A stretch of 52,528 bases of DNA from an uncultured Mariniphaga sp. (GCA_964355145.1 CAYHDA010000001.1:19632-72159), one strand, 5' to 3'; shown: positions 1 through 9,724, counted from the stretch's first letter. Numbers and translations are program-made. Notes: generated by a model from the sequence alone, not told the origin.

Positions 1-45
1 GGCAACGACGTGTGGTATCGCAATATTAAAATACGACCATTGTAA
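1..45 (+). CDS. 3' terminal fragment of a CDS entering from the left edge (14 codons + TAA). The tail resembles DUF1080 / 3-keto-disaccharide-hydrolase-like proteins.
   Basis: Frame 1 reads GNDVWYRNIKIRPL-stop. Endings of the form aromatic-RNI-[KR]-I-[KR]-x-L are typical of DUF1080 C-termini. The fragment is far too short for a firm call. Confidence 0.3.
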   Translation, partial: GNDVWYRNIKIRPL

Positions 46-67
46 AATAGATTGGCTGAGAATTAGG

Positions 68-97
68 AATTAGGTCCGTCAGCTGACGGACCTAATT
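68..97. terminator. Perfect 30-nt palindrome (arms AATTAGGTCCGTCAG / CTGACGGACCTAATT) between convergent genes; probable bidirectional terminator hairpin.
   Basis: Positions 68-82 and 83-97 are exact reverse complements. The palindrome lies between the + strand stop (43-45) and the - strand stop (103-105). There is no clear U-tract on either side. Confidence 0.5.
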
Positions 98-102
98 GTT
101 CA

Positions 103-1116
103 TTATTCAGGCGAGTATCCCGATTCATTCAGTATTTTCTGATAGTCGTTTTCCAACATCAATGCCGGAAGGCTGATTTCCGGATTTTTCTTCATATAAT
201 TCCTGACAATCTGCCACCCAAGCCACATACCCGTTTTACCGGGTGATTCTGCTGTGAAACAAGAGGTAAACGGTGCCGGGTTGATAAAACGGACAATGTT
301 CATCCGGTCTGTATTAAAAATCAGTTTGTGCTCGACGAGGTAAGTCCACATTCCGGCTTCATTTTTCTTACACCATTCAAGTTTTTCGGGTTGAAATCCG
401 ATTTTGAAATTGTCGGGTTCATCGGGTAACATTGCATCCAGAAAATAGAGTATTTTACCCTGGTAAATCATATGTGAAAGCAGATTGTTCTTCGATTCGT
501 CAAATTCATATTCTGATATTGCCCACGAATAAAGCACATCAGCGGGAATTTTACTGCTGGTCATGTTCTCTTTTTTGTATCCCGGGAGGGCAAGCATCGT
601 ATAAAAAGGACAATTTGACCCAAGATAATTGTCAAGACTGATTCCAATGGCATCGTTGGTTATGACAACCGACTGATTAAATCCGGAGATTATCGTGATT
701 ATCTGAGGAATAATTTTTTTGGGAAAGTAGTATTTATAATGTTTGAATCCATCTTCCAGTTTCTTTGTTAAGGCTGTCATATCATTAAAAACGGAATCGA
801 TTTTAATATGTGCCTGTTTTCTAATTGTATCATTAAGGAAACCGCTAAGGTATGAGGAATACAACGAGTCGGAAGGGTTCCCGATCGCAATGATATTTTC
901 GTTATACGTATTAAAGAAAGAGCCATATTTTTGATTGAATTTTGGAATAATTATTTGCATGTTTTCAGGTGTAATATTGTAAATATCCTGATCCAGCCGT
1001 TTTATATTCAGCTTTAAATCAATCTTTGAAACATCAACCTTTAAGGGATTTCGCTGACAACCGATGATCAGGAAGACTAGCAGAAGCAAATTGAAAACTT
1101 TAATCATAGAACACAT
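103..1116 (-). CDS. gldB: Gliding motility lipoprotein GldB
   Basis: 337-aa ORF with a lipoprotein signal (LVFLIIGC). It carries the blocks RFINPAPF and ESPGKTGMWLGWQIVRNYM, which I recall from Flavobacterium johnsoniae GldB. Adjacency to nadE is common in Bacteroidota. The real start may be the second ATG at 1107 (MIKVFNLL...). Confidence 0.8.
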   Translation of the reverse strand: MCSMIKVFNLLLLVFLIIGCQRNPLKVDVSKIDLKLNIKRLDQDIYNITPENMQIIIPKFNQKYGSFFNTYNENIIAIGNPSDSLYSSYLSGFLNDTIRKQAHIKIDSVFNDMTALTKKLEDGFKHYKYYFPKKIIPQIITIISGFNQSVVITNDAIGISLDNYLGSNCPFYTMLALPGYKKENMTSSKIPADVLYSWAISEYEFDESKNNLLSHMIYQGKILYFLDAMLPDEPDNFKIGFQPEKLEWCKKNEAGMWTYLVEHKLIFNTDRMNIVRFINPAPFTSCFTAESPGKTGMWLGWQIVRNYMKKNPEISLPALMLENDYQKILNESGYSPE

Positions 1117-1141
1117 TTTTGAATTTTGAGTACATTTGTTC

Positions 1142-1236
1142 TTTCATCAGAAGATAATTTGTTTTTTAATTGCCTGATGGAACACCTGAGTTATCTTCAT
1201 TCATGTTTGCGAAGTGCAGAATCATGGGTATTTCAT
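1142..1236 (-). repeat. Copy 1 of the 4-copy intergenic cassette. Mini-ORF MKYP* (1236-1222) overlaps by ATGA the 19-codon sORF MILHFANMNEDNSGVPSGN* (1225-1166).
   Basis: The reverse complement of 1142-1236 aligns without gaps to 49036-49130, with 84/95 identical positions by hand count. It lies 5' of gldB in the sense orientation. Confidence 0.7.
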
Positions 1237-1289
1237 TGGTGTAAAAGTATAAAATGGATGGGATAACCCGAGCCAAAATTTCTATAGTC

Positions 1290-1943
1290 ATGAAAAAACT
1301 CATTTCGGTTCTTTTATTGCTGTCGGTAATAGCGACATCCTATTCGCAGAATAAATATAAACTGACCTTTTTGACAAGCCCACAGGTGTCGTGGCTTAAG
1401 TCTGACTCGAAAGGGATGAGAGGTAACGGAGGTTTGCTTGGATTTGGATATGGTGTTGAAGCCGACCTGTTTATGGGATCTGAAAATTATGCTTTAACGA
1501 CAGGGATGACGGTGAGTTCGGCCGGAGGTTCGCTGGTCTATGATTCATCGGTTCCCTTCAGCGGCAAGGTGCTGCCAGCCGGCACAAAAGTTGATTATTA
1601 CCTTACTTACCTGGAAATACCACTGGCGGTGAAGCTTATTTCAAGAGATTTTAACCGAACCCGGTATTATGCACAATTCGGATTGACGAACTGGTTAAAT
1701 ATCAGGGCAAAAGGTACAACCAGTGATGGGTTATTTCAGAAGGAGAAAATCAAAGACGAAGTGCGGTTTCTTAATGCCGGACTGAATGTCGGGGCTGGAT
1801 TGGCTTATGACCTGGGTCATGGAAATGCCCTAACAGGAGGTTTTGTATTTTCAAACGGTTTCACCGATGCAACCATAAATAAGGGATTAAAAGATGCCTC
1901 AACCCTGAAAATTATACGCTTCAGGTTCGGGTTTATTTTCTGA
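1290..1943 (+). CDS. Outer-membrane beta-barrel protein (PorT / OMP_b-brl_2-like porin family)
   Basis: Signal peptide MKKLISVLLLLSVIATSYSQ. The sequence shows alternating-hydrophobic beta-strand character, is Gly/aromatic rich and ends in a C-terminal Phe (FGFIF). ATG 1290 is preferred over 1254 because the signal peptide starts there. Confidence 0.6.
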   Translation: MKKLISVLLLLSVIATSYSQNKYKLTFLTSPQVSWLKSDSKGMRGNGGLLGFGYGVEADLFMGSENYALTTGMTVSSAGGSLVYDSSVPFSGKVLPAGTKVDYYLTYLEIPLAVKLISRDFNRTRYYAQFGLTNWLNIRAKGTTSDGLFQKEKIKDEVRFLNAGLNVGAGLAYDLGHGNALTGGFVFSNGFTDATINKGLKDASTLKIIRFRFGFIF

Positions 1944-2020
1944 TAAAAGGTATTATAGAGTTTAACAGACTGTATTCTAAAAATTTAATTCATTTTGGCA
2001 ATTCATTTAGAGCTATTTTC

Positions 2021-3673
2021 ATGAAGATCGCACTTGCACAATTAAACTATCATATCGGGAATTTTGAAACAAACAGAATTCAGATCATCCAAAATATTGA
2101 AAGGGCAAAAGACCAGGGAGCCGGGCTTGTTGTCTTCTCGGAACTTGCCGTATGTGGTTATTATCCAAATGATCTGTTGGAACGACGTGAGTTTATTGAT
2201 CAGTGTATTGATTCTGTAAATAAAATTGCCAGCCATTGTCACGGAATTGCCGCCTTGGTGGGCGCTCCAAGTATCAATAATTCACCCAATGGGAAGATGT
2301 TGTTCAACTCGGCATATTTCTTAAAGAATGGCCGGATCGAAAGCATTCACAGTAAAACTTTGTTGCCAACTTACGATGTATTTGATGAATACCGTCATTT
2401 TGAGCCTAACCGGGAATTCAATTTAATTGAACTTAATGGTTTGAAGCTGGCGGTGACCATTTGCGAAGATCTTTGGTACAATCAGCCGGTATTCAGCACT
2501 TTTGGCAGAGAAAATCTTTATTCGGTGTGCCCTGTTCAGGAATATTGCAAACAAGATCCTGATCTGATTATCAACCTGTCAGCGTCGCCATTTTCGTACA
2601 ATCAGGCCAAACTCCGTAAAAATATCCTGCTTGATAATGCGAAGAAATATCAGGTGCCCATTATTTATGTCAATCAGGTTGGCGCTCAGACCGAGCTGAT
2701 TTTCGATGGAGGCTCCTTGTTTGTAAGTGGTTCCGGAGATGTAATCCGCGAGATGGCTTATTTTGCACCTGATTTTACCATTATAGATACCGAATGCCAG
2801 CACATTGCTTCGGTTATTCAGCCGGAAACAGAAACTATAGCTGACATTTATAATGCGCTGATACTCGGGATCAGTGATTATTTTCGGAAGACAGGGTTTA
2901 GAACCGCAACACTTGGTCTTTCCGGTGGTATCGATTCCGCGGTTACTTTAGTCCTTGCAGAAAAGGCGCTTGGAGCAGAAAATATTCATGTTTTGTTGAT
3001 GCCTTCGAAATTCTCATCCGGTCACTCCATAGAGGATGCGGTAAAACTTGCAGATAATCTGGGCGTTAAATATGATATTATTAAAATTCATTCGGTTGTT
3101 GATGCGTTTGATTTAACTCTGGCACCCGTTTTTGGAGGGCTGGCTCATGATCTTACTGAAGAGAATATTCAGGCCAGGGTTCGCGGATCATTATTAATGG
3201 CACTTTCGAATAAATTTGGTCATATTTTGTTGAATACATCGAATAAAAGCGAAGCTGCTGTCGGTTATGGAACTTTGTATGGCGACATGAATGGCGGGTT
3301 ATCCGTACTTGGCGACGTTTACAAGAAAGATGTATTCGAATTGGCGCGTCACATCAACCTTGAAAATGAAGTTATTCCATGGAATACGATTACCAAACCA
3401 CCCTCCGCCGAGTTACGTCCCGATCAGAAAGATTCGGATTCACTACCTGATTACGACGTTCTTGACAGTATTTTATTTGATTATATTGAACTGGCAAAGA
3501 GTCCTGCCGAGATTGTAGCCATGGGTTTTGATGAAGCTACAGTTCATCGGACAGTTCTTATGGTAAACAGAAATGAATACAAGCGTTTCCAGACTCCTCC
3601 CATCCTTCGGATTTCATCCAAGGCCTTCGGGTTTGGAAGAAAGATGCCATTGGTGGCGAAATATGTAGTTTGA
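2021..3673 (+). CDS. nadE: Glutamine-dependent NAD+ synthetase (N-terminal CN-hydrolase/glutaminase domain plus C-terminal NAD synthetase domain)
   Basis: 550 aa. The nitrilase-type N-terminus has MKIALAQLN, FSELAVCGY and LAVTICEDLW. The ATP-PPase P-loop is LGLSGGIDSAV, followed by the GYGTLYGDMNGG block. Confidence 0.92.
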   Translation: MKIALAQLNYHIGNFETNRIQIIQNIERAKDQGAGLVVFSELAVCGYYPNDLLERREFIDQCIDSVNKIASHCHGIAALVGAPSINNSPNGKMLFNSAYFLKNGRIESIHSKTLLPTYDVFDEYRHFEPNREFNLIELNGLKLAVTICEDLWYNQPVFSTFGRENLYSVCPVQEYCKQDPDLIINLSASPFSYNQAKLRKNILLDNAKKYQVPIIYVNQVGAQTELIFDGGSLFVSGSGDVIREMAYFAPDFTIIDTECQHIASVIQPETETIADIYNALILGISDYFRKTGFRTATLGLSGGIDSAVTLVLAEKALGAENIHVLLMPSKFSSGHSIEDAVKLADNLGVKYDIIKIHSVVDAFDLTLAPVFGGLAHDLTEENIQARVRGSLLMALSNKFGHILLNTSNKSEAAVGYGTLYGDMNGGLSVLGDVYKKDVFELARHINLENEVIPWNTITKPPSAELRPDQKDSDSLPDYDVLDSILFDYIELAKSPAEIVAMGFDEATVHRTVLMVNRNEYKRFQTPPILRISSKAFGFGRKMPLVAKYVV

Positions 3674-3817
3674 AAAATTTGAAAATCAGGTGATTTGAGA
3701 ATTTGAAAATGGTGGAGATGATCCTTTTTACCCTTCATCAGCGGACTGCAACTCGTTCAGCAAGCAAAATGAGCTTAAGATATTAACGGAATAGGAGTGA
3801 ATTTTCGATAAAATTTT

Positions 3818-3825
3818 TAATTTTG
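3818..3825 (+). promoter_or_regulatory. Candidate Bacteroidota -7 promoter box (TAATTTTG = TAnnTTTG) for the Crp/Fnr gene
   Basis: Exact match to the TAnnTTTG consensus, 30 nt upstream of ATG 3855. There is no exact TTTG at -33 (the sequence there is TTTTCG). Confidence 0.3.
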
Positions 3826-3854
3826 ATGTTTTATAACATATAATCGGTCTACCT

Positions 3855-4556
3855 ATGCTGGATGCAGGTCAATTTTATGAGAGCCAATTTTATGGAGAAA
3901 ATTGCATATTCAATTTCTTAAATCCTGAAGAGAAGGCTATTCTTGAAAAAAACCATTTTGTTACGCGGTATAAGAAAAATGATTTTGTTTATCGTGAGGG
4001 TGAGATGCCGGTTGGAATGCAGTATTTAAAGGAAGGAATGGTGAAATTGATCAAAGAGGGTATCGGTGGCCGCGATCAGATCATCAGAATGATTCCCCGG
4101 AGCGGATTAATTGGTTATCGTTCCTTGATCGCCGGAGAGCCGCACAATGGGACGACAATCGCTATTGAAGACTCTGAAATTATTACTATTCCCCCTGATA
4201 TCCTTTATAATGTTTTATTGAAAAATTATAGCTTTGCCTTGGCACTATTAAAAGATCTCGCCTTAGAACTAGGTTTTTCACATCACCGTACAGTTAGTCT
4301 TACCCAAAAACATATACGTGGAAGGTTAGCCGAATCCATTCTGTTATTAATTGAAAAATACGGGTTCGAGCATGATAATAAGACGCTTAGAGCTTATTTG
4401 CCGCGTGAAGATCTTGCCAATCTTTCAAACATGACTTCTTCCAATGCTATCAGAACCCTCTCTATTTTTGCCGGAGAGAAAGTGATTGCAATGGATGGAA
4501 GAAAAATAAAAGTGATTAACCTCGAAAAACTCGAAAAGATCAGCAAACTGGGATAG
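3855..4556 (+). CDS. Crp/Fnr family transcriptional regulator (cNMP-binding domain plus C-terminal HTH)
   Basis: 233 aa. It has a beta-roll region with the pattern F..GE....MYLKEG.VK and a C-terminal HTH (REDLANLSNMTSSNAIRTLS). Confidence 0.8.
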   Translation: MLDAGQFYESQFYGENCIFNFLNPEEKAILEKNHFVTRYKKNDFVYREGEMPVGMQYLKEGMVKLIKEGIGGRDQIIRMIPRSGLIGYRSLIAGEPHNGTTIAIEDSEIITIPPDILYNVLLKNYSFALALLKDLALELGFSHHRTVSLTQKHIRGRLAESILLLIEKYGFEHDNKTLRAYLPREDLANLSNMTSSNAIRTLSIFAGEKVIAMDGRKIKVINLEKLEKISKLG

Positions 4557-4749
4557 TTTTTGCTAAAATCTGCTTTTTTTATTAAGAATTTTAACTTTTT
4601 TGATAGTGATGAACTTCAAAAATCGAAATTTGGGGTTAAAATTAAATGCAAACTGAATAAAATACTTGAAGTTATTCTTAGCCTAATAAATTTTCTTTGA
4701 GATTATTACCGGTAATCTGAGATATTCAATTAATTCAAATTTTTAACCA

Positions 4750-7449
4750 ATGAAAAGACCCTTTAACATAGCTGTTTCAAATTTATTTTTGATGGTCGCC
4801 TTTCTGCTAATGTATGCCTGCTCAAAGTCTGATCCTGTTCTTACTTCAAGAGTTGCAGTGATCTCTGACGGATGGACGATGCAACCGGACGACAAATTAA
4901 AAGGGATCGAAGAAATGGCAATCTCTCAAAATGGATTTGACACAAAATCGTGGTATAAAGCCATGGTTCCGGGCACAGTCTTAGGTAGCCTGGCTACTTA
5001 CAATGTAATACCTGATCCGACTTTTGGCATTAACATGAAAAATGTTGACACCATGCAATTTAAGCAGCCATGGTGGTACCGTACAACATTTAAGCTTGAT
5101 GGCAGCGATCTGAAGAAAAATATTTCTCTGCGGTTTAATGGCATCAACTATCGTGCTGATATGTGGATTAACGGGAAAAAAGTAGTTACAAAAGATTCAT
5201 TTGCCGGAACCTACCGGATGTTTTCATTTAATATCAATTCATTTATTCAGGAAGGCGAAAATACACTTGCGCTAAAATTGTCTCAATATGCTTATGGCGA
5301 ATATTCTTTAGGTTTTTGCGATTGGAATCCGATTCCTTCAGACCGGAGTATGGGTATTTTCAGGGAAGTTTTCCTCGAAGTCAACGAAGGAATAAAAATC
5401 AGAAGTCCTTTTGTCTATTCCAAAGTAGATACAGTGACTAAAAGTTCTGCCAATCTGTTTATCCAAGCCGAGTTAGTCAACAGCACCGATAAACCCATCG
5501 ACGGTGTTCTTCGTGTGGATTATGAAATAGGAATTGTTGAGAAAAAAGTGAGTGTCAAAGCCGGAGATACACTATCCTACAGATTTACATCCGACGAATT
5601 TCCTCAGCTGTCTGTGAAAAATGTGGAGTTGTGGTGGCCAAACGGAATGGGGAAAGCTAAATTGTATAATCTGAAAACCGAGTTTATTGCCAATGACAAA
5701 GTGATTGACCAGGTGGTCAAGAAGTTTGGAATCCGGGAAATGCGCAGTTATCTGAATAAGGATAAGAACCGGGCATTCGAAATCAACGGAAAATTCATTC
5801 TGGTAAAGGGTGGCGGCTGGGCCGATGATATTTTTCTGCGTGATACCCGGACGTCAGTGGAAGCGCAGTTGAGATATATACGTCATATGAATTTGAATAG
5901 TATTCGCTGTGAAGGATTCTGGGGTAAAGATGAAAACTTATATGACCTGTGCGATGAATATGGCATATTAATCATGATTGGGTATAATTGTATTTGGGAA
6001 TGGGAAGAATACCTGCATAAAACATGTCATGAAAAATACGGTGGTGCAGTTAATGATGAAGACATCAATTTACTTTCAGCTTCATGGAAAGACCAGATGT
6101 TGTGGTTACGGAACCATCCAAGTATTTATGTCTGGATGTTAGGCAGCGATAAATTGCCTCACCCTGATCTCGAGCGGAAGTATGTAGAATTATTTAATAA
6201 GTATGATCCCTCAAGATCGTACATCACCTCAGCAGGTGGTGCGGGGACTGAGAATAACAATGTGGTTGCAGAGGTTCCGCTGGTAAGCGACATTAGCGGA
6301 CCAACAGGGATGAAGATGATGGGGCCTTATGCATGGACACCACCTAACTATTGGTTTACCGATACAAAGCTTGGCGGTGCCTGGGGATTTAATACCGAAA
6401 CTTGTCCCGGAGCAGCTATTCCTCCTCTTGCATCCTTAAAGAAAATGCTGCCCGAAGCCAGTTTATGGCCAATCGATAAAAAATTCTGGGAATATCATAC
6501 CGGAAGGAACGAGTTTACTACGCTCGATCGTGACATAGATGCTATTAACACCAGATATGGAAAATCGTCGGGTGTTGAAGAATTTGCATATAAGGCTCAG
6601 GTGAACAACTACGAAATTATGCGTCCTCAGTTTGAAGCATTCATAGCCCACAAACCGAATAGTACGGGGTTGGTTCAATGGCAACTTAATTCAGCCTGGC
6701 CTAAAATGATCTGGCAATTATACGACACTTATCTTCAGCCCAATGGGTCATTTTATGGCGTTAAAAAAGCCTGTACACCACTTCACGCAATTTACAGGTA
6801 TGGTTTTGATGATATCTATCTTGCCAATGAGGATTTGGCCGATGCTACAGGTTTGACTGTCAGGATTAAGGCTTATGACATCAATTCGAAAGAGATTTTT
6901 GCAGACCAGTGGACCGGTAATATCAAATCGAACATTTCGCAATTTATCTTTAAACTTCCTGAAATTAAAAACCTAACCCCTGTTTGGTTTCTTGATCTGC
7001 GGATTTATGATAAAAACAACAAGGAAGTTGATAACAGCATTTATTGGTTGTCATTAAAGAAAGATATTCTGGATTATGATGCATACAAAAAATTGTCGTG
7101 GCCTTTTTATACTTCGACTAAACAGTTTGCTGATTATACAACACTGGATCAATTGCCTAAAGTAAAATTAAAGTATGACTATCAGTTTAGCAAAGATGAG
7201 AAATTTGGGAAAATAACCCTGAAGGTAAATAATCCGTCAGCCTCCATTGCTTTCTTTATGTTTATGGACGTATTGAATGCTTCAACGCAGCTGCCAATAT
7301 TACCAATCTACTGGAACGATAATTATGTGACCCTGTTACCTGGAGAAGAAAGAACATATGAGGCAAGTTATTTTCTTACTGATTCGGATGGCAACAGACC
7401 AGTATTGGAGGCAAAAGCATGGAATGTTGATAAGGAAACAATAAAATAA
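4750..7449 (+). CDS. Glycoside hydrolase family 2 lipoprotein, exo-beta-D-glucosaminidase (CsxA)-like / beta-mannosidase-like subfamily
   Basis: 899 aa with a lipobox (LLMYAC). GH2 sugar-binding block LRFNGINYRADMWINGKKV, then WWPNGMG. TIM-barrel entry INGKFILVKGGGW. NHPSIYVWMLGSDK carries Asp where most GH2 have the acid/base Glu, as I recall for CsxA. The putative nucleophile context is WGFNTETCPG. Confidence 0.8.
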   Translation: MKRPFNIAVSNLFLMVAFLLMYACSKSDPVLTSRVAVISDGWTMQPDDKLKGIEEMAISQNGFDTKSWYKAMVPGTVLGSLATYNVIPDPTFGINMKNVDTMQFKQPWWYRTTFKLDGSDLKKNISLRFNGINYRADMWINGKKVVTKDSFAGTYRMFSFNINSFIQEGENTLALKLSQYAYGEYSLGFCDWNPIPSDRSMGIFREVFLEVNEGIKIRSPFVYSKVDTVTKSSANLFIQAELVNSTDKPIDGVLRVDYEIGIVEKKVSVKAGDTLSYRFTSDEFPQLSVKNVELWWPNGMGKAKLYNLKTEFIANDKVIDQVVKKFGIREMRSYLNKDKNRAFEINGKFILVKGGGWADDIFLRDTRTSVEAQLRYIRHMNLNSIRCEGFWGKDENLYDLCDEYGILIMIGYNCIWEWEEYLHKTCHEKYGGAVNDEDINLLSASWKDQMLWLRNHPSIYVWMLGSDKLPHPDLERKYVELFNKYDPSRSYITSAGGAGTENNNVVAEVPLVSDISGPTGMKMMGPYAWTPPNYWFTDTKLGGAWGFNTETCPGAAIPPLASLKKMLPEASLWPIDKKFWEYHTGRNEFTTLDRDIDAINTRYGKSSGVEEFAYKAQVNNYEIMRPQFEAFIAHKPNSTGLVQWQLNSAWPKMIWQLYDTYLQPNGSFYGVKKACTPLHAIYRYGFDDIYLANEDLADATGLTVRIKAYDINSKEIFADQWTGNIKSNISQFIFKLPEIKNLTPVWFLDLRIYDKNNKEVDNSIYWLSLKKDILDYDAYKKLSWPFYTSTKQFADYTTLDQLPKVKLKYDYQFSKDEKFGKITLKVNNPSASIAFFMFMDVLNASTQLPILPIYWNDNYVTLLPGEERTYEASYFLTDSDGNRPVLEAKAWNVDKETIK

Positions 7450-7456
7450 AGAATAC

Positions 7457-8395
7457 ATGGCAAACACAAATATGCGGTATGCTGCAGGGATTGATCTTGG
7501 AGGCACTTTTGTAAAACTGGCATTGGTATCTGAAGAGGGAAAAATTTCATTTCAGGATAAAATTGAGATCGGACCAAAAGCAACACGCGACGATATTCTG
7601 AAAATCTTGAGTCTTGCTATTCGAAAAATTATTGCCCATGCAAATCTTGAAGGTGTTAAACTGACCGGTATTGGAATCGGTTCACCGGGTATAATTTACG
7701 ATGGAGTTGTTATCGGAGGAGCTGATAATCTGAACGGGTGGGCGAATGTTCCGCTTGGTGCCATTTTTTCGAAAGAATTTGATCTTCCCGTTTTTGCCGA
7801 CAACGATGCCAATGTGATGGGGCTGGGCGAGGTCGAATTCGGAGCCGCGAAAGGATGTACGGATGCAATATTTCTTACAGTTGGTACCGGAATCGGAGGT
7901 GCCATCGTAATGAATGGCCAGCTCTATGGCGGGTATAAAAACCGGGGAACTGAAATGGGACATGTTACAATCGATCATAAAGGGATAGCCTGTAATTGTG
8001 GAGGCAGAGGCTGTCTTGAAGCTTATGCTTCAACCAATGCCCTGATCGGCCAGTACTCAAAGCAGACAGGCAAGAGCGGAAGTGAGATCAACGGATATTA
8101 CATAGTAGAGAAATTTTTGGAAGGTGAAACCGCGGCTGTTGAATGTATGCAGGAACATACTGATTATCTGGGACATGCTATTGCTGGATTTGTAAATACC
8201 TTTGCCCCTCAGAAGGTAATTATCGGGGGTGGAATCTCTGAGGCAGGTCAGTTTTATATTGATATGATTAAGGCATCGACATTTAACTATGCAATGCCCG
8301 ATTGTGCCGTTCACACTGATGTTATTGCAGCAACATTGGGAAATAATGCCGGTTGTATGGGTGCTGCATCATTGGTTTTCAGGAATAGTAATTAA
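7457..8395 (+). CDS. ROK family sugar kinase (glucokinase / N-acetylglucosamine- or glucosamine-kinase-like)
   Basis: 312 aa. ATP motif GIDLGGTFVK, ROK signature region GAAKGCTDAIFLTVGTGIGGAIV, and the zinc motif HVTIDHKGIACNCGGRGCLE. Confidence 0.9.
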   Translation: MANTNMRYAAGIDLGGTFVKLALVSEEGKISFQDKIEIGPKATRDDILKILSLAIRKIIAHANLEGVKLTGIGIGSPGIIYDGVVIGGADNLNGWANVPLGAIFSKEFDLPVFADNDANVMGLGEVEFGAAKGCTDAIFLTVGTGIGGAIVMNGQLYGGYKNRGTEMGHVTIDHKGIACNCGGRGCLEAYASTNALIGQYSKQTGKSGSEINGYYIVEKFLEGETAAVECMQEHTDYLGHAIAGFVNTFAPQKVIIGGGISEAGQFYIDMIKASTFNYAMPDCAVHTDVIAATLGNNAGCMGAASLVFRNSN

Positions 8396-8405
8396 ATTTT
8401 TTATT

Positions 8406-9662
8406 ATGAAAAAAAATTATTTTTTGGTTGTTTTGATCATGTTTGTGTTTTTTGTTATCTCATTTCTCACGAACATTTTGGGAGCACTAAATGATAAAGT
8501 ATCTGTTAGCTTTACGCTTAATGATACGATGGCCGGCCTGTTACCATTTGCCTTTTTTATAGCTTATGGAGTGATGTCTATCCCATTCGGATTTGGGGTC
8601 GAAAAATACGGAGAAAAGAGGATGATTATTATGGCCTTTCTGCTCGCTTTTGCAGGTGCTTTGGGTTTCGCACTTTTCCCAAAATTTAATGTGTTTGTTA
8701 TCTCTCTCTTTACCATAGGAGCCGGAATGGCGGCGTTACAGGTGGTTATTAATCCTCTTTTGAGGGTTTCAGGAGGTGAAGTTAATTACGCATTTAATTC
8801 TGTAATGGCTCAATTGATTTTTGGATTAGCTTCGTTTATCAGTCCTCAGATGTATACCTACTTTGTAACCAATATTGACGCTGGTAATGTGAATAAACCA
8901 TTTATTGGTTTGATGTCAGGTCTTGTACCGGCATCTATGTCGTGGGTTTCCGTTTATTGGATTTTTGCCCTGATTGCCATTTCTATGTCTGTAATCGTTT
9001 TCATGGTGAAATTTCCGGCAGTAGAGTTACAGGAAGATGAAAAAGTGGGATCAAAAGAGAGCTACTTTGAGTTATTTAAGAATAAATACGTGATACTGTA
9101 TTTCCTTGGAATTTTTGCTTATGTAGGCTCAGAGCAAGGAATTTCTTACTGGATGTCAAAGTTCTTAAAAAAGTATCATGATGTGAATCCCGATATGGCT
9201 GGCGCCGATGCCGTCTCCTATTTTTGGGGATTAATGACCATTGGAGGGATATTGGGACTTGTTTTAATGAAATTATATGACAGTAAACCAATCCTGAGAT
9301 GGTTTACTATTTTAGCAATGGGTTGTGTGGCACTTGGCTTGTCTGCTAGTGTTGAGGTCTCCTTATGGGCCTTCCCAATGTCGGGTTTCTTCCTTTCTGT
9401 TATGTTCCCGGTTATTGTTTCCTTGGGATTGAATTCAGTTCCCAAGCATCATGGTTCGTTCGCCGGAATATTAATGACCGGAATCGCAGGCGGTGCAATT
9501 GTACAGCTATTAATTGGAGCGATCAGCGACATTGTCTCACTTAAAGTGGGGATGCTATTTATCTTTGTAACTCTGGGCTATATTTTGAGCATTAGTTTCT
9601 GGGCCAAACCATTGGTGAATAACCAAACCTTCAGTCTGAAAAGTTTATTTAGCAAAAACTAA
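8406..9662 (+). CDS. MFS sugar:H+ symporter of the FucP/GluP/NagP family
   Basis: About 12 TM helices. The N-terminal block FFVISFLTNILGALND...LLPFAFFIAYGVMSIPFG is typical of glucose/galactose/fucose/GlcNAc MFS permeases. ATG 8406 was chosen because the ORF-track extension from 8289 overlaps the ROK 3' end. Confidence 0.8.
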   Translation: MKKNYFLVVLIMFVFFVISFLTNILGALNDKVSVSFTLNDTMAGLLPFAFFIAYGVMSIPFGFGVEKYGEKRMIIMAFLLAFAGALGFALFPKFNVFVISLFTIGAGMAALQVVINPLLRVSGGEVNYAFNSVMAQLIFGLASFISPQMYTYFVTNIDAGNVNKPFIGLMSGLVPASMSWVSVYWIFALIAISMSVIVFMVKFPAVELQEDEKVGSKESYFELFKNKYVILYFLGIFAYVGSEQGISYWMSKFLKKYHDVNPDMAGADAVSYFWGLMTIGGILGLVLMKLYDSKPILRWFTILAMGCVALGLSASVEVSLWAFPMSGFFLSVMFPVIVSLGLNSVPKHHGSFAGILMTGIAGGAIVQLLIGAISDIVSLKVGMLFIFVTLGYILSISFWAKPLVNNQTFSLKSLFSKN

Positions 9663-9724
9663 CTTAATAGTTGATAGCAAAACAGATTTTAAAATCTAAG
9701 AATAGTTATTTAATACTCTATATT

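Noticed and set aside
1206-1236. Reading the cassette antisense as a promoter: TTTG at 1206-1209, a 19-nt spacer, then TATTTCAT, facing the OMP gene at 1290.
   Set aside because: The -7 box is imperfect. More importantly, the other three copies would point such a promoter into the 3' end of the upstream gene, so this cannot explain the conserved orientation of the element.
3709-3786. A 25-codon sORF (MVEMILFTLHQRTATRSASKMSLRY*) whose GATGATCCT start and AAGATATTAAC end resemble cassette copy 4.
   Set aside because: Aligning it to the cassette needs an insertion of about 30 nt, and the middle is not alignable. There is no overlapping mini-ORF stop. The similarity is compatible with chance in AT-rich spacer.
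8289-8405. Upstream-extended starts offered by the ORF track: 1254, 8289, TTG 9671, 23637, TTG 26381, TTG 29381, TTG 34877, 39132, GTG 45395.
   Set aside because: In each case an internal ATG sits exactly at the start of a signal peptide, lipobox or conserved N-terminus. The extension overlaps the upstream gene or adds non-homologous residues.
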